Sequence record: KY555145.1
DNA length: 64,000 nt
Strand: one strand, 5' to 3'
Shown in pieces: positions 16,772 through 25,556 of this stretch. The position numbers were made by a program, and so were the translations under genes. Under the pieces are notes generated by a model, which worked only from the letters and a program-made list of their open reading frames with translations, made no database searches and was not told the origin of the DNA. Positions within the stretch are counted from its first letter, which is position 1; the number at the start of each line of letters is the position of its first letter.

Positions 16772-17178
16772 GCTTTGCGATCCGCTACTTCCCCGGCCCG
16801 CGTCTGGGCTATGGCAAGGTCGTTTCCAGGCATGGGATGCACGTCCTCTTTCAGGCCTATGTCGGGAATGAGCCCCAGCCTGGGACCCTGCCCGAGGTCG
16901 TTCACTGGGACGACATCATCGAAGGTCGCTTTGCCTCGGTCGCCAAGGTCATCCTGGCGATCGACGAATCCATGCGCTGGTTCAAGGCCCTGGAAGCCGA
17001 ACGCGGCGCCGAGCAGTCCGCCGAGGTCCTCATGACGCATCTGCGGCGCTATGAGCGCGACGACTGCGAGGTTTGCCACGGCGCGCGCGGCGGGGTGCGG
17101 GGCAACGAGAACATCGTCGATGGCAAGGTGGTCTGCGACTACTGCACCATGGATATCCTCGACGCGAGGAAAAGCTGA
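16768..17178 (+). CDS. hypothetical protein with C-terminal Zn ribbon
   Basis: CEVC...CDYC. Confidence 0.75.
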   Translation: MSFAIRYFPGPRLGYGKVVSRHGMHVLFQAYVGNEPQPGTLPEVVHWDDIIEGRFASVAKVILAIDESMRWFKALEAERGAEQSAEVLMTHLRRYERDDCEVCHGARGGVRGNENIVDGKVVCDYCTMDILDARKS

Positions 17179-17393
17179 TGGGGGCCTACGCCTACTGCCA
17201 GAACCCTCACTGCGGCGCGCCACAGGATCGCCCGACGGCCCGCGAGGTCGTGGAGCGCGATCGCCGCTGCTACGCCTGCGGCAAGGCCGTCCCGGTCTAT
17301 GACGACTTGGCCGACGTCCTCGAACGGATTGAGAGCCGGATCGACGATCTGGAAGCCGAGGTCAAAGCCCTGAAGGAAGGCGGAACCCAATGA
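17178..17393 (+). CDS. small Zn-finger/coiled-coil protein (MGAYAYC...)
   Basis: CQNPHC...CYAC; TGATG overlap. Confidence 0.75.
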   Translation: MGAYAYCQNPHCGAPQDRPTAREVVERDRRCYACGKAVPVYDDLADVLERIESRIDDLEAEVKALKEGGTQ

Positions 17394-17791
17394 CCGCGTC
17401 ACGCCAAGAGATCAAGGACGTCCTCGACCGCGTGGCGAACCTGCGCGAGCCTGACCGTGATGTCGAGCTTGCCGTCTGGAACGTCGTCAGCACCCAGGGC
17501 CGCTGGGCGTGGCACGCTCGCCACGAGACGATCCACCAGATCGCCAGCAGCGATGGGCGGTACGGCTATGGCATCTGCTCGCTGGAGCGCCTGACCTCGT
17601 CGATCAACGACGTGCTGTCGTTCGCCCACTATGCCGATCTCCATTCTCTCGAACTCCTGGAGAAGGGGCTGGCGCGGGTCAAGTTGCTTCCGCGCCATCT
17701 CTACGACCAGGACTATGACGTCCAATTCTTCCTCTGCCGCGACATGCTCATGGTGATCCTGGAGCATTGTCTTGAGAAAGCCAGCGCATGA
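17390..17791 (+). CDS. hypothetical protein
   Basis: ATGA overlap. Confidence 0.75.
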   Translation: MTASRQEIKDVLDRVANLREPDRDVELAVWNVVSTQGRWAWHARHETIHQIASSDGRYGYGICSLERLTSSINDVLSFAHYADLHSLELLEKGLARVKLLPRHLYDQDYDVQFFLCRDMLMVILEHCLEKASA

Positions 17792-18177
17792 GCTTCGTCT
17801 ATCTTGCGATCCCCTACACCTCCCAACTGGAGGACGAGGCCGAAGCCAGGGCCGAGCGCGACGCCCGGATGGTCGAATTCTGGAAGGCCGCCGCCTTCCT
17901 GATCGAACGGGGCGATCACGTCGTCTCGCCCATGACCCTGGAACCGGCCCTGGTCGCCGTGCCCGACATGCCCTACCGCTGGGAGCACTGGAAGGAATAC
18001 TCGATCAAGATGATCGGGATTTCGTCGAAGCTGGTGGTTCTGCAATTGCCCGGCTGGTCGACCAGCCGGGGTGTCATCGGCGAGATGCACGCGGCGGGTC
18101 AAGCCGGCATCGAGATCGAGTTCCTGACCCTTCAGACGGTCGCGACGTGGTTGAGCACCAGGGAGATTGAAGCGTGA
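17788..18177 (+). CDS. DUF1937/DUF4406-like protein (nucleoside 2-deoxyribosyltransferase-like fold)
   Basis: VYLAIPY...VSP...W...VLQLPGWSTSRGVIGEMHAA pattern. Confidence 0.7.
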   Translation: MSFVYLAIPYTSQLEDEAEARAERDARMVEFWKAAAFLIERGDHVVSPMTLEPALVAVPDMPYRWEHWKEYSIKMIGISSKLVVLQLPGWSTSRGVIGEMHAAGQAGIEIEFLTLQTVATWLSTREIEA

Positions 18178-18629
18178 TCCAGTTCCTCAAGGACATCACG
18201 GGCGTCACCGCGCGCGCGGACGCCCAGGAACGCGCCAGGGCTAAGGCCCAACACGCCGCCCGGCTGGCCCAGGCGCGCAAGGTCGGGGAATTTCAGGTGG
18301 TGCAGGAAGACCGCAAACTCTTCCACTATCAACTGTTTCTCACCCCCTCCACGCTCGACGGGTCTTGGTTTTACCTGGGGAGCTACGGCCACATCTGTAG
18401 CCGGGCCAACGCCCACTCCTTCTCGTCCCTGGAAGAGGCCAAGGCGGCGGGCGCGGCGGCGGGCGCTCAATGCCGCGAGCGCATCGCCGGCGAGATGGAG
18501 CGCCAGCAGCAGTTCCGCAACATCTACGCCCCGCCGGAGTTCCTGGCCAAATCCGTCAACGCCTTCAAGTCGAGTGAGGACCTGCTGATCGAGGTCGCTC
18601 AGGCGGTGTCCCAGAGGTACCAGCGATGA
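18174..18629 (+). CDS. hypothetical protein
   Basis: GTGA overlap; GGGAG upstream. Confidence 0.75.
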   Translation: MIQFLKDITGVTARADAQERARAKAQHAARLAQARKVGEFQVVQEDRKLFHYQLFLTPSTLDGSWFYLGSYGHICSRANAHSFSSLEEAKAAGAAAGAQCRERIAGEMERQQQFRNIYAPPEFLAKSVNAFKSSEDLLIEVAQAVSQRYQR

Positions 18630-18892
18630 GCGCGGTCGCCCTGAAGTTCGACACGCGCGACGAGGCCGAGATGGCGGTCGCCCAGGCGCTCTACGAGCAC
18701 TGGGTGCGGAGCGAGCGCGCTCGTCATGTCACCTGGAACCTCCCCGGCTGGGTCGAGCCGCCCGCCTGGGCGGACATGAACTGGACCGAGCGCACCCACT
18801 GGCTGGTCGAGGCCGGCCTCGTCGTCGACTGCCTGCTCGAATTCGTCAAGAACAACCCCGGCGCCTATGGAGAGAGCCATGAACCGTCGTGA
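18626..18892 (+). CDS. hypothetical protein
   Basis: ATGA overlap. Confidence 0.75.
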   Translation: MSAVALKFDTRDEAEMAVAQALYEHWVRSERARHVTWNLPGWVEPPAWADMNWTERTHWLVEAGLVVDCLLEFVKNNPGAYGESHEPS

Positions 18893-19499
18893 ACTGATCC
18901 TGGGCACCGGCGCGGTCGTCGCGGCCTCGGCCCTGCCGACCGTGGTCGAGGCCGCGCGCATCAAGCCCATTCGACGCTTGCTCCTGGAGAGCGGCTTCGT
19001 CCAACACGAGACCTTCGCCACCTCCTGGATGGCGACCTGGACGGAAGACTCCCACGCCTCGCGGCATGCCGAGGTCGTGCGGGCCTGGATCGACGAAACG
19101 GTCCAGAGCGGCTATCTCAAGTGTGGCGGCGAGACCCTCATCCTCGACAAGCACGTGCGGCTTCCGCAGGTGGACTTCACGATCTCGCCGGCCGACAAGG
19201 TCTGGTCGCACTGGTCGGGCTGGGTCGAGGAGGCGGGGCTGAAGGTCGTCGTGCGCGTGCTCGCGTCCGATCCCCAGGTCGATGCGACCTTCGATCCGGT
19301 CTATCTGATGAAGACCCGCTGGCAGGCCGACGGGACCCAGGCTCCGGAGGAGACTCGCTACCTCGTCCGCCGGCCGCTCCTGCGCTACCACGAGGAGCGC
19401 GAGCTTCGCTACGCCCTCGGAGACACCGCCGGCTACTCGCCGAACTCGTTGATCGAGTTCGACAATAGCTGGCTCCTGGATATGGCGAAGACCGCATGA
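18879..19499 (+). CDS. protein with twin-arginine (Tat)-like signal peptide
   Basis: MNRRELILGTGAVVAASALPTVVEA/A. Confidence 0.7.
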   Translation: MNRRELILGTGAVVAASALPTVVEAARIKPIRRLLLESGFVQHETFATSWMATWTEDSHASRHAEVVRAWIDETVQSGYLKCGGETLILDKHVRLPQVDFTISPADKVWSHWSGWVEEAGLKVVVRVLASDPQVDATFDPVYLMKTRWQADGTQAPEETRYLVRRPLLRYHEERELRYALGDTAGYSPNSLIEFDNSWLLDMAKTA

Positions 19500-19999
19500 T
19501 CCGCTCGACCGGAGAAGCGCCCGAGACCCGCGCCGGCCGTCTTGCCGAGGGCTATGCCGCGCAGAAAGCCGCGATCAAGAAGCTGCTGGACAGTCCGCCC
19601 GAGGTGGTGAACGCCCATTGGCAGCACCTGAGCGCGATGATCTGGGCGCACTGTGATCTGCGGGTCCTCGGGGAGTGGCAGGAACGGCCGGTCCGGGGCT
19701 GGATCGCCGAGCACATCAACGCCCCGTTCGACATCTGCCTTTCCCAGGACGGGAACGGCCGCACGATCAGCGATACTGATCTGGCGATCTCGATGATCAC
19801 CAATCTGCTCCCGACGGCCTCGATCGAAATTCGAAAGTGGCCTCCCGGCGGAATCCAGATGCCCTGGGAGTTGAAGCTGGACACGCGCTTCAGCGCCGGC
19901 CGCCACCAGGGCCTTCTCTGGGGTTTCGGCCACAATATCGCCCAGGCCGCTTGGCGCGCCTATTTCAGCTACATCAACAAGGAGCCCACCGATGTCTGA
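19496..19999 (+). CDS. hypothetical protein
   Basis: ATGA overlap. Confidence 0.75.
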   Translation: MIRSTGEAPETRAGRLAEGYAAQKAAIKKLLDSPPEVVNAHWQHLSAMIWAHCDLRVLGEWQERPVRGWIAEHINAPFDICLSQDGNGRTISDTDLAISMITNLLPTASIEIRKWPPGGIQMPWELKLDTRFSAGRHQGLLWGFGHNIAQAAWRAYFSYINKEPTDV

Positions 20000-20210
20000 C
20001 GTCTTCGACGAGGTCGAGCGCCGCCTGAACCGCCGGCGTCCTGGCTTCTGGATTCACAAGGTCGCCATCGCGATCATCGTGGTGATCGGCCTGTTGGTCG
20101 TCGCCGGCGCCGCCGTCCAGGTCTTCAACCCGACCCTGGCGGTCCAGTGGCAGGCCAAGCAGGACGCGGCCTATGACCGCGCCTACGAAGAAGCCCGGCG
20201 GGCCGAGTGA
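19992..20210 (+). CDS. small single-pass membrane protein
   Basis: AAGGAG RBS; VAIAIIVVIGLLVVAGAAV. Confidence 0.8.
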   Translation: MSDVFDEVERRLNRRRPGFWIHKVAIAIIVVIGLLVVAGAAVQVFNPTLAVQWQAKQDAAYDRAYEEARRAE

Positions 20211-20701
20211 TGGCGATCTTCGCGCCTGAATACACCTGGGAGGCGATCGGCACCGATGTCGCCGTTGGCCTGACCGAGGCGGTGATCCGGGGCGAGGCCG
20301 CGCCGGTCTGTGTCGGCTCCTCGCTGCACGCCATGGAATTCCATGTCATCTGGCGCGGCGATCTCTACCGGGCCTTCACCGGCATGGGGAGCGATCCCGA
20401 CTGGACCTGCGCCGAGAAGGGCGTGCGGGTTCCGCATCCGCTGGACGGCAAGAAGATCGATGAGATCGAGAAGGTCCAGTATCGCGACGAGGAACGCTAT
20501 CGCCGCGAGATCGAGACCATGCCCGGTCGGCACCTCTACATCTGCCGCAAGACCGACGACCTCCAGGACATCCTCGCCCGCATCCCGATGGACCTGCGGA
20601 TGCGCCACGAGATGTCGAACATGATCACCCTCCTGGCCCGGATGATGCTGGTCCAGAACTCCACCCGCACGCTTTCCCGCTCCAAACTCGACCGGTTCTG
20701 A
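20210..20701 (+). CDS. hypothetical protein
   Basis: TGATG overlap. Confidence 0.75.
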   Translation: MAIFAPEYTWEAIGTDVAVGLTEAVIRGEAAPVCVGSSLHAMEFHVIWRGDLYRAFTGMGSDPDWTCAEKGVRVPHPLDGKKIDEIEKVQYRDEERYRREIETMPGRHLYICRKTDDLQDILARIPMDLRMRHEMSNMITLLARMMLVQNSTRTLSRSKLDRF

Positions 20702-20702
20702 C

Positions 20703-21224
20703 ATGACCACCCAACGCCTCGATTTCTCCAGCGACGTCAACTGGCCCCCGAAGGTCGACTTCGATCTCAAGAAGCTGCGCTACGACGTGGCGGTCGAAAT
20801 CCTGGAGACCCTGTGGCCCAAGCACCGCCACGACAAGCGCCACGACCTGTCGCTGCTGGGCTCGCTCTGCAAGGTCAAGTTCGGCGCGGCCGGCTTCAAG
20901 GCCGACGACATCAAGGAGCAGACCCTGGCGGTCATGCGCACGCTCGAAGCGGCCAACTTCGTGCGCAACGACGGCGGCGACTGGCACCTGACGGCGACTG
21001 GCGCGATCTGGGTCCTGGTGGCCCGGACCGCGCCCTCGGGCTGGGCGACCGAGAGCGCCCTGCTTCACCACATCGAACTGGCGACCTTCCCCGCCGCCGA
21101 GATCATCTGGGCGGTCGAGTCCTGCCCCTATTTCCACATCCGCAAGGGAAGCCTGTTCGACGACAAGGTCTTCGATCTCCAGGCCTACCAGCAGCCGCTC
21201 GACGGGTGGAACGGATGGCGCTGA
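20703..21224 (+). CDS. hypothetical protein, possible winged helix
   Basis: VMRTLEAANFVRNDGGDWHLTATG. Confidence 0.7.
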   Translation: MTTQRLDFSSDVNWPPKVDFDLKKLRYDVAVEILETLWPKHRHDKRHDLSLLGSLCKVKFGAAGFKADDIKEQTLAVMRTLEAANFVRNDGGDWHLTATGAIWVLVARTAPSGWATESALLHHIELATFPAAEIIWAVESCPYFHIRKGSLFDDKVFDLQAYQQPLDGWNGWR

Positions 21225-21751
21225 TCCCCAAGACCTGGGACAGCCTGATTCTCGACCTGCGGACCGCCGCCGAGGACAAGGACCGCGAGGCCTGGGACGA
21301 CGCGATCCAGGCCCTGGAAAGCGCCTTCGACGAGCATGTCGAGGGACCGCTGGAGAGCCATCCCAACACCCTGGCCTGGAAGAAGAGCCTCGACGAGAAG
21401 ACGCGGTTCCTGGCCGGCTGGCGCCACTGGGGCGGCGGGGCGCGTGACGTCCCCGACGCCTACCGGGGCGACCCGCACTTCAACCGGGGCCGGTCCGGCG
21501 CGGCGATCGCCCAGGACATGAGCGCGGTGAAGGACCTTGACGCGTGTCACCATCCGGTCAAGCATCGGATCGCCGGCGGGGATAATCAGGTCCTGCCGCG
21601 CCACCCGGCCGTCTATGGCTCCTACGCGGTCGAAATCTGCCGCCTCTGCCGGGGGTGGTCCCTGGTCCAGCACGGGACGCCCCGGTGGCGTCCTGGTCCG
21701 TACTATGACGCCTACGAGAAGGCGACGCGCGAGGAAGAGGAGCGCTGCTGA
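21215..21751 (+). CDS. hypothetical protein (MALIPKTW...)
   Basis: Packed between neighbours; 178 aa. Confidence 0.75.
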   Translation: MALIPKTWDSLILDLRTAAEDKDREAWDDAIQALESAFDEHVEGPLESHPNTLAWKKSLDEKTRFLAGWRHWGGGARDVPDAYRGDPHFNRGRSGAAIAQDMSAVKDLDACHHPVKHRIAGGDNQVLPRHPAVYGSYAVEICRLCRGWSLVQHGTPRWRPGPYYDAYEKATREEEERC

Positions 21752-22446
21752 TGCTCTATGTGTTCGGGGATATCCACGGCCGCCTCGACCTCCTGGAGAA
21801 GGCGCGACACGAAATCCGTGTACGCGGCGACTGCACGCAGATGATCTTCCTCGGGGACTATGTCGATCGCGGCCCTGACAGCAGGGGCGTGGTCGAGGCC
21901 GTGATGGCGCTCCAGGCCCAGGGCGAGATCGCCCTGATGGGCAACCATGAGGAAATGATGCTGACCGCCTGTCAGATCAAGTCCTACAACGCCATGTCCA
22001 AGCTCTGGGTGTCGAACGGCGGCAAGCAGACCCTGAAGTCCTACGGCGCCGGCGACAATGCCTGGAACGCCAAGTGGGACCTGATCCCCCAGGAGCACGT
22101 CGACTGGCTGGCGCGGCTCAAGCCGATCCACGAGACGCCGGGGCGGGTGTTCGTTCACGCCGGCCTCGCGCCGGGCGTGGCGGTCAAGATGCAGGAGGAG
22201 GAACACCTTCTCTGGATCAGGGACAAGTTCCTCAACGCCTCGGCCGACCAGTTCGAAAAGCACGTCGTCCACGGCCACACCCACACCCATGCGCGCAAGA
22301 AGATCGAAGAGCCCGAGCTTCTCGCCCACCGGACCAACCTCGACACCGGGGCCTTCTATACCGGCGTCCTGGCCGTCGGGGTGTTCGATCCGGACGGCTA
22401 TGGCGGACCCGAGGAGGTGCTGTTGATCCGCGAGGACGACGCATGA
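21751..22446 (+). CDS. metallophosphoesterase, lambda-type Ser/Thr protein phosphatase family
   Basis: GDIHG, GDYVDRG, GNHE, HAG and HGHT motifs. Confidence 0.92.
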   Translation: MLYVFGDIHGRLDLLEKARHEIRVRGDCTQMIFLGDYVDRGPDSRGVVEAVMALQAQGEIALMGNHEEMMLTACQIKSYNAMSKLWVSNGGKQTLKSYGAGDNAWNAKWDLIPQEHVDWLARLKPIHETPGRVFVHAGLAPGVAVKMQEEEHLLWIRDKFLNASADQFEKHVVHGHTHTHARKKIEEPELLAHRTNLDTGAFYTGVLAVGVFDPDGYGGPEEVLLIREDDA

Positions 22447-23018
22447 TCCCAGACTTCGTCCAGAAGGCGCGCAAGCTCCTGCGCCTCTATGGCGACAAGC
22501 CCAAGGTCAAGCCGGCCGATCCCGCCGCGCCGCTCGGGGGAAGCGTGTCTTCGCCGCCCCTCCCGGCGGCGCCGTCTCTATCCTCCACCCACGGGTTCTG
22601 GGGCGGCCCTGGCGGCGGCTCGATCCACGTGGGCTCCGGCCATGCGACCGCCATGGGCTCGGGCGGGGGCGGTAGCACCCAAATCCTGGTCTACAACGGC
22701 GGGACGGTGGGCTGGGCGACCATGCCCCAGGCCGTGGTCACGGATGTCAAGACGGTCAGCAAGACGCGGCCCGGCCTGACGGCGGGAGAGGACGAGGTCA
22801 TCACGACCATGGTTCGCTATGGCGATGTCGAACTGGTCCTGGAGCGCGACCGCAGGTTCGCCTTCGTCCGTTTCGGCCTGGAGCTTGCCTATCCCCGTGT
22901 CTCGGGCCGTATGCTCAAGTCCTTGATCAAGAAGGGCTATCTGAAGGCTATCGAGCATGACGAGATGGGCGGGCCGCAGGTGGTGGTGGTCGTGGCGGGC
23001 AAGGTCGCGGTCTGCTGA
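22443..23018 (+). CDS. hypothetical protein, Gly/Ser-rich linker and C-terminal winged-helix-like segment
   Basis: ATGA overlap; SGRMLKSLIKKGYLKA. Confidence 0.7.
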   Translation: MIPDFVQKARKLLRLYGDKPKVKPADPAAPLGGSVSSPPLPAAPSLSSTHGFWGGPGGGSIHVGSGHATAMGSGGGGSTQILVYNGGTVGWATMPQAVVTDVKTVSKTRPGLTAGEDEVITTMVRYGDVELVLERDRRFAFVRFGLELAYPRVSGRMLKSLIKKGYLKAIEHDEMGGPQVVVVVAGKVAVC

Positions 23019-23038
23019 ATTTTGTTGGCGTTAGAACG

Positions 23039-23084
23039 TTGACAGCCTCGGCGTGATGTCATAAAAGCCTCCTCGACGACAACG
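23039..23084 (+). promoter_or_regulatory. sigma70-type promoter with CGACGACAACG leader
   Basis: TTGACA-17-TAAAAG-6-CGACGACAACG followed by AGGAGG. Confidence 0.85.
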
Positions 23085-23095
23085 AGGAGGCCCAC

Positions 23096-23515
23096 ATGGC
23101 TTACGCAATTCCGGACCTGAGCACGTTCACGTTCCACGATCCCAAGGTCGAACGTTTCGCCAAGGCGATGATCTCGACGATCGAGACCGCCCAGACCATC
23201 CTCACGGCCTTCGCCAACGATCTCGCCGACAATCCTCTTCAGGCGTTCGAGCATAGCTACGGCGCCAAGATGGCCGCCGCCCACAGGGACGTCGCCAAGG
23301 GGCTGCTCAACGAAGTCCTCGACGCGCTGCTGCACGGTCAGGACAAGACCTGGGCCTACATCGGCCAGGACCTGCGCGAGCGGCTGATGTATCGCGTGAT
23401 CTACGCGGCCTCGAACCCGCCGCGCTCGACCAACGTCGAGGGCAACGACATGGCCCGCTTCGTCCTGCGCGCCGAGGCCGACATGCTCGACCGCATGACC
23501 AAGAGCCGCTTCTGA
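23096..23515 (+). CDS. hypothetical protein
   Basis: AGGAGG RBS. Confidence 0.8.
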   Translation: MAYAIPDLSTFTFHDPKVERFAKAMISTIETAQTILTAFANDLADNPLQAFEHSYGAKMAAAHRDVAKGLLNEVLDALLHGQDKTWAYIGQDLRERLMYRVIYAASNPPRSTNVEGNDMARFVLRAEADMLDRMTKSRF

Positions 23516-23829
23516 TGCGGATCGTCGACTTCGCGACGTTCGTGACGCTTCCGGCTGGGACCCTCTACCAGGAGATCGATCAGTACGGGAGCCCCATCAG
23601 CGCCCTGGCGATCCGCCACGACGTGCTGTTCGACGGCGATCGCCCGTTCGACTTCATCTACGAGGAAATCCTCTACCAGACGGCCGACGGCTTCCTGGGC
23701 GACCCGCCGAAGCTGGCCGAGTTGGGGACCAAGCGCTGGGGGCTCTTCGATGACGAGACCCTGTTCATCGTCTACGAGACGCAGGACCGCGCCCGGCTGG
23801 CCAAGATCATCCTGGGAGACGCCGCATGA
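23515..23829 (+). CDS. hypothetical protein
   Basis: TGATG overlap. Confidence 0.75.
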   Translation: MRIVDFATFVTLPAGTLYQEIDQYGSPISALAIRHDVLFDGDRPFDFIYEEILYQTADGFLGDPPKLAELGTKRWGLFDDETLFIVYETQDRARLAKIILGDAA

Positions 23830-24209
23830 AGCCGCTCGACGAACGCATCCGCGACGCGATCGACACCCCGCGCCCGGCCTGGATCGAGCGCGTCGGGAGC
23901 CGCTATCAGGTGATCACCAAGGGCGTGCTGTTCCCGAACACGCGCAATCCGGTCGGCAAGACCTGGAGCCTGAAGAGCGGCGCCCTGACCTACGTTCGCC
24001 AGCAATACCTCACCCTGCTGGAGGGCGACTGCCCGCTGCCCGCCCCGACCCAGGAAGAGCGCGACGCCTATCAGAACGAAGGGCGCGAGCGCCGCGCCGC
24101 CGTCGAGCAACTGTCGATGGAACTGGACCGGCCCTATGCCGAGGTCTGGCGCGCGGTCCGCAACCTGGAGGCCAAGGGCCTGATCCGTTTCGAGGAGGCT
24201 CGCCCATGA
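23826..24209 (+). CDS. hypothetical protein with C-terminal HTH-like segment
   Basis: VEQLSMELDRPYAEVWRAVRNLEAKGLI. Confidence 0.75.
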   Translation: MKPLDERIRDAIDTPRPAWIERVGSRYQVITKGVLFPNTRNPVGKTWSLKSGALTYVRQQYLTLLEGDCPLPAPTQEERDAYQNEGRERRAAVEQLSMELDRPYAEVWRAVRNLEAKGLIRFEEARP

Positions 24210-24427
24210 CGTCGCAGACCCAGAGAACCCTCATCCTGTCCGGCGTGGGCTTCTTCATCGGCTTCATGCTGGTGTTTGGCTTCATGAGCGTCTCGCAGGC
24301 CTCCTACAACCGAGGCTATCGAGACGCCAAGGCCGACACGCGCCGGGACGAGCCCGCATGCTTTACCTCCCAGCGCTGCTACCTGGGCCAGGACGCCGAC
24401 GGGCGGTGGTTCATCGAGCCGAAATAG
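24206..24427 (+). CDS. small single-pass membrane protein (MTSQTQ...)
   Basis: GAGGAGG RBS; LILSGVGFFIGFMLVFGFM. Confidence 0.8.
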   Translation: MTSQTQRTLILSGVGFFIGFMLVFGFMSVSQASYNRGYRDAKADTRRDEPACFTSQRCYLGQDADGRWFIEPK

Positions 24428-24441
24428 TTGGCGTTCAAGTG

Positions 24442-24487
24442 TTGCCAAAGCTGATCTGATCAGCTAGAACCCTCGCCGACGACAACG
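24442..24487 (+). promoter_or_regulatory. sigma70-type promoter with CGACGACAACG leader and palindromic spacer
   Basis: TTGCCA-17-TAGAAC-6-CGACGACAACG; AGCTGATC-T-GATCAGCT at 24449-24465. Confidence 0.75.
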
Positions 24488-24506
24488 CAAGAGGAGCCCC
24501 CGAGCC

Positions 24507-24887
24507 GTGGAACACCTGAACCGCGCCATCGACCCCCGCATCGGCTACCTGAACTCGGGCGTCTACTACGCCTTCGTCGACGGCTACGACAAGCCCGAGA
24601 CGCGGGGCACGCTAGAAGAGGTCGAGATCGCCCTGGGCCTGCGCGCTGCGAAGCCGGCTCCGACCAAGCGCATCGTCGCCGCCCAGCCGGCCGTCAAGAC
24701 CTACTCGGTCCACATGCGGTTCGAATATCCGGGCTGGAGCTACGTCGACGGCATCACCTACGACGGTATGCTCGGCCGCACGAAGGCCGAAGCGATCCGC
24801 AACGCCCGCGCCGAGGCCTTTGCCGACGGTCACCTCGGCGTCGGCCAGGGCCGGGTGTGGTTCAAGGCCACGGAAGAGGACGCCTAG
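24507..24887 (+). CDS. hypothetical protein
   Basis: GTG after AGAGGAG. Confidence 0.75.
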   Translation: MEHLNRAIDPRIGYLNSGVYYAFVDGYDKPETRGTLEEVEIALGLRAAKPAPTKRIVAAQPAVKTYSVHMRFEYPGWSYVDGITYDGMLGRTKAEAIRNARAEAFADGHLGVGQGRVWFKATEEDA

Positions 24888-25121
24888 ATGAGCCGCATCC
24901 GCGTCATCGACCGCGACGGGTTCATGCAGGGCTGGGTCGACGCCCGCGTCGGCCTTCCCACCTATTCCGGTCCCGTCACCCGCTGGACCGAGAAAGGCTC
25001 GTTCTGGACCACCGGCTCGGACGGCGAGGAGCGCCTGTGGAAGGCCGGCAACCACCAGCCCTGCGTCTACAGGAGCAAGCTCCGCAAGAGCGATATCATC
25101 CACGAGCGACGGGAGGGCTGA
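24888..25121 (+). CDS. hypothetical protein
   Basis: AGAGG RBS. Confidence 0.7.
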   Translation: MSRIRVIDRDGFMQGWVDARVGLPTYSGPVTRWTEKGSFWTTGSDGEERLWKAGNHQPCVYRSKLRKSDIIHERREG

Positions 25122-25122
25122 C

Positions 25123-25440
25123 ATGGGCCTGCTGAGCATCTACCTGACCGGCGCGGCGCTCACCGGCGCGGCGACGGCCGTCTATCTCTTCAAGGTCCGG
25201 GCTCCGGCGACCAAGGAGACCTACACCACCACCTGGGGCTATGTCGAAACCGACGACGTCAATGAGACCGGCAACCACCTGGGGGCGATCCTCCTGATGG
25301 CGGTCCTCTGGTTCCTCACCGTCCCGCTCGCGATCGTCATGGGCCTCTGGCATCTCCTGGTCCGCGCCATCGACAAGGCTTGGCGCCGCTGCACGCCGCG
25401 CCGCGAGAAGACGCACGTTGGCACCCATCGCTATCTGTGA
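25123..25440 (+). CDS. membrane protein (2 TM)
   Basis: GGGAGG RBS; two hydrophobic segments. Confidence 0.75.
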   Translation: MGLLSIYLTGAALTGAATAVYLFKVRAPATKETYTTTWGYVETDDVNETGNHLGAILLMAVLWFLTVPLAIVMGLWHLLVRAIDKAWRRCTPRREKTHVGTHRYL

Positions 25441-25469
25441 TCGCCGCCAGCCCGGCTGGCTTCAGTGTG

Positions 25470-25498
25470 TTGACGGCGCGTCGATCGCCCGCTAAGAA
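25470..25498 (+). promoter_or_regulatory. sigma70-type promoter without the CGACGACAAC leader
   Basis: TTGACG-17-TAAGAA, preceded by hairpin GCCAGC-CCG-GCTGGC (25446-25460). Confidence 0.6.
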
Positions 25499-25556
25499 GG
25501 GCTGACGGTCACGCTCTGGCTGCATGAATTTTCAAGAGACAAAGGGCCTTAAGTCC

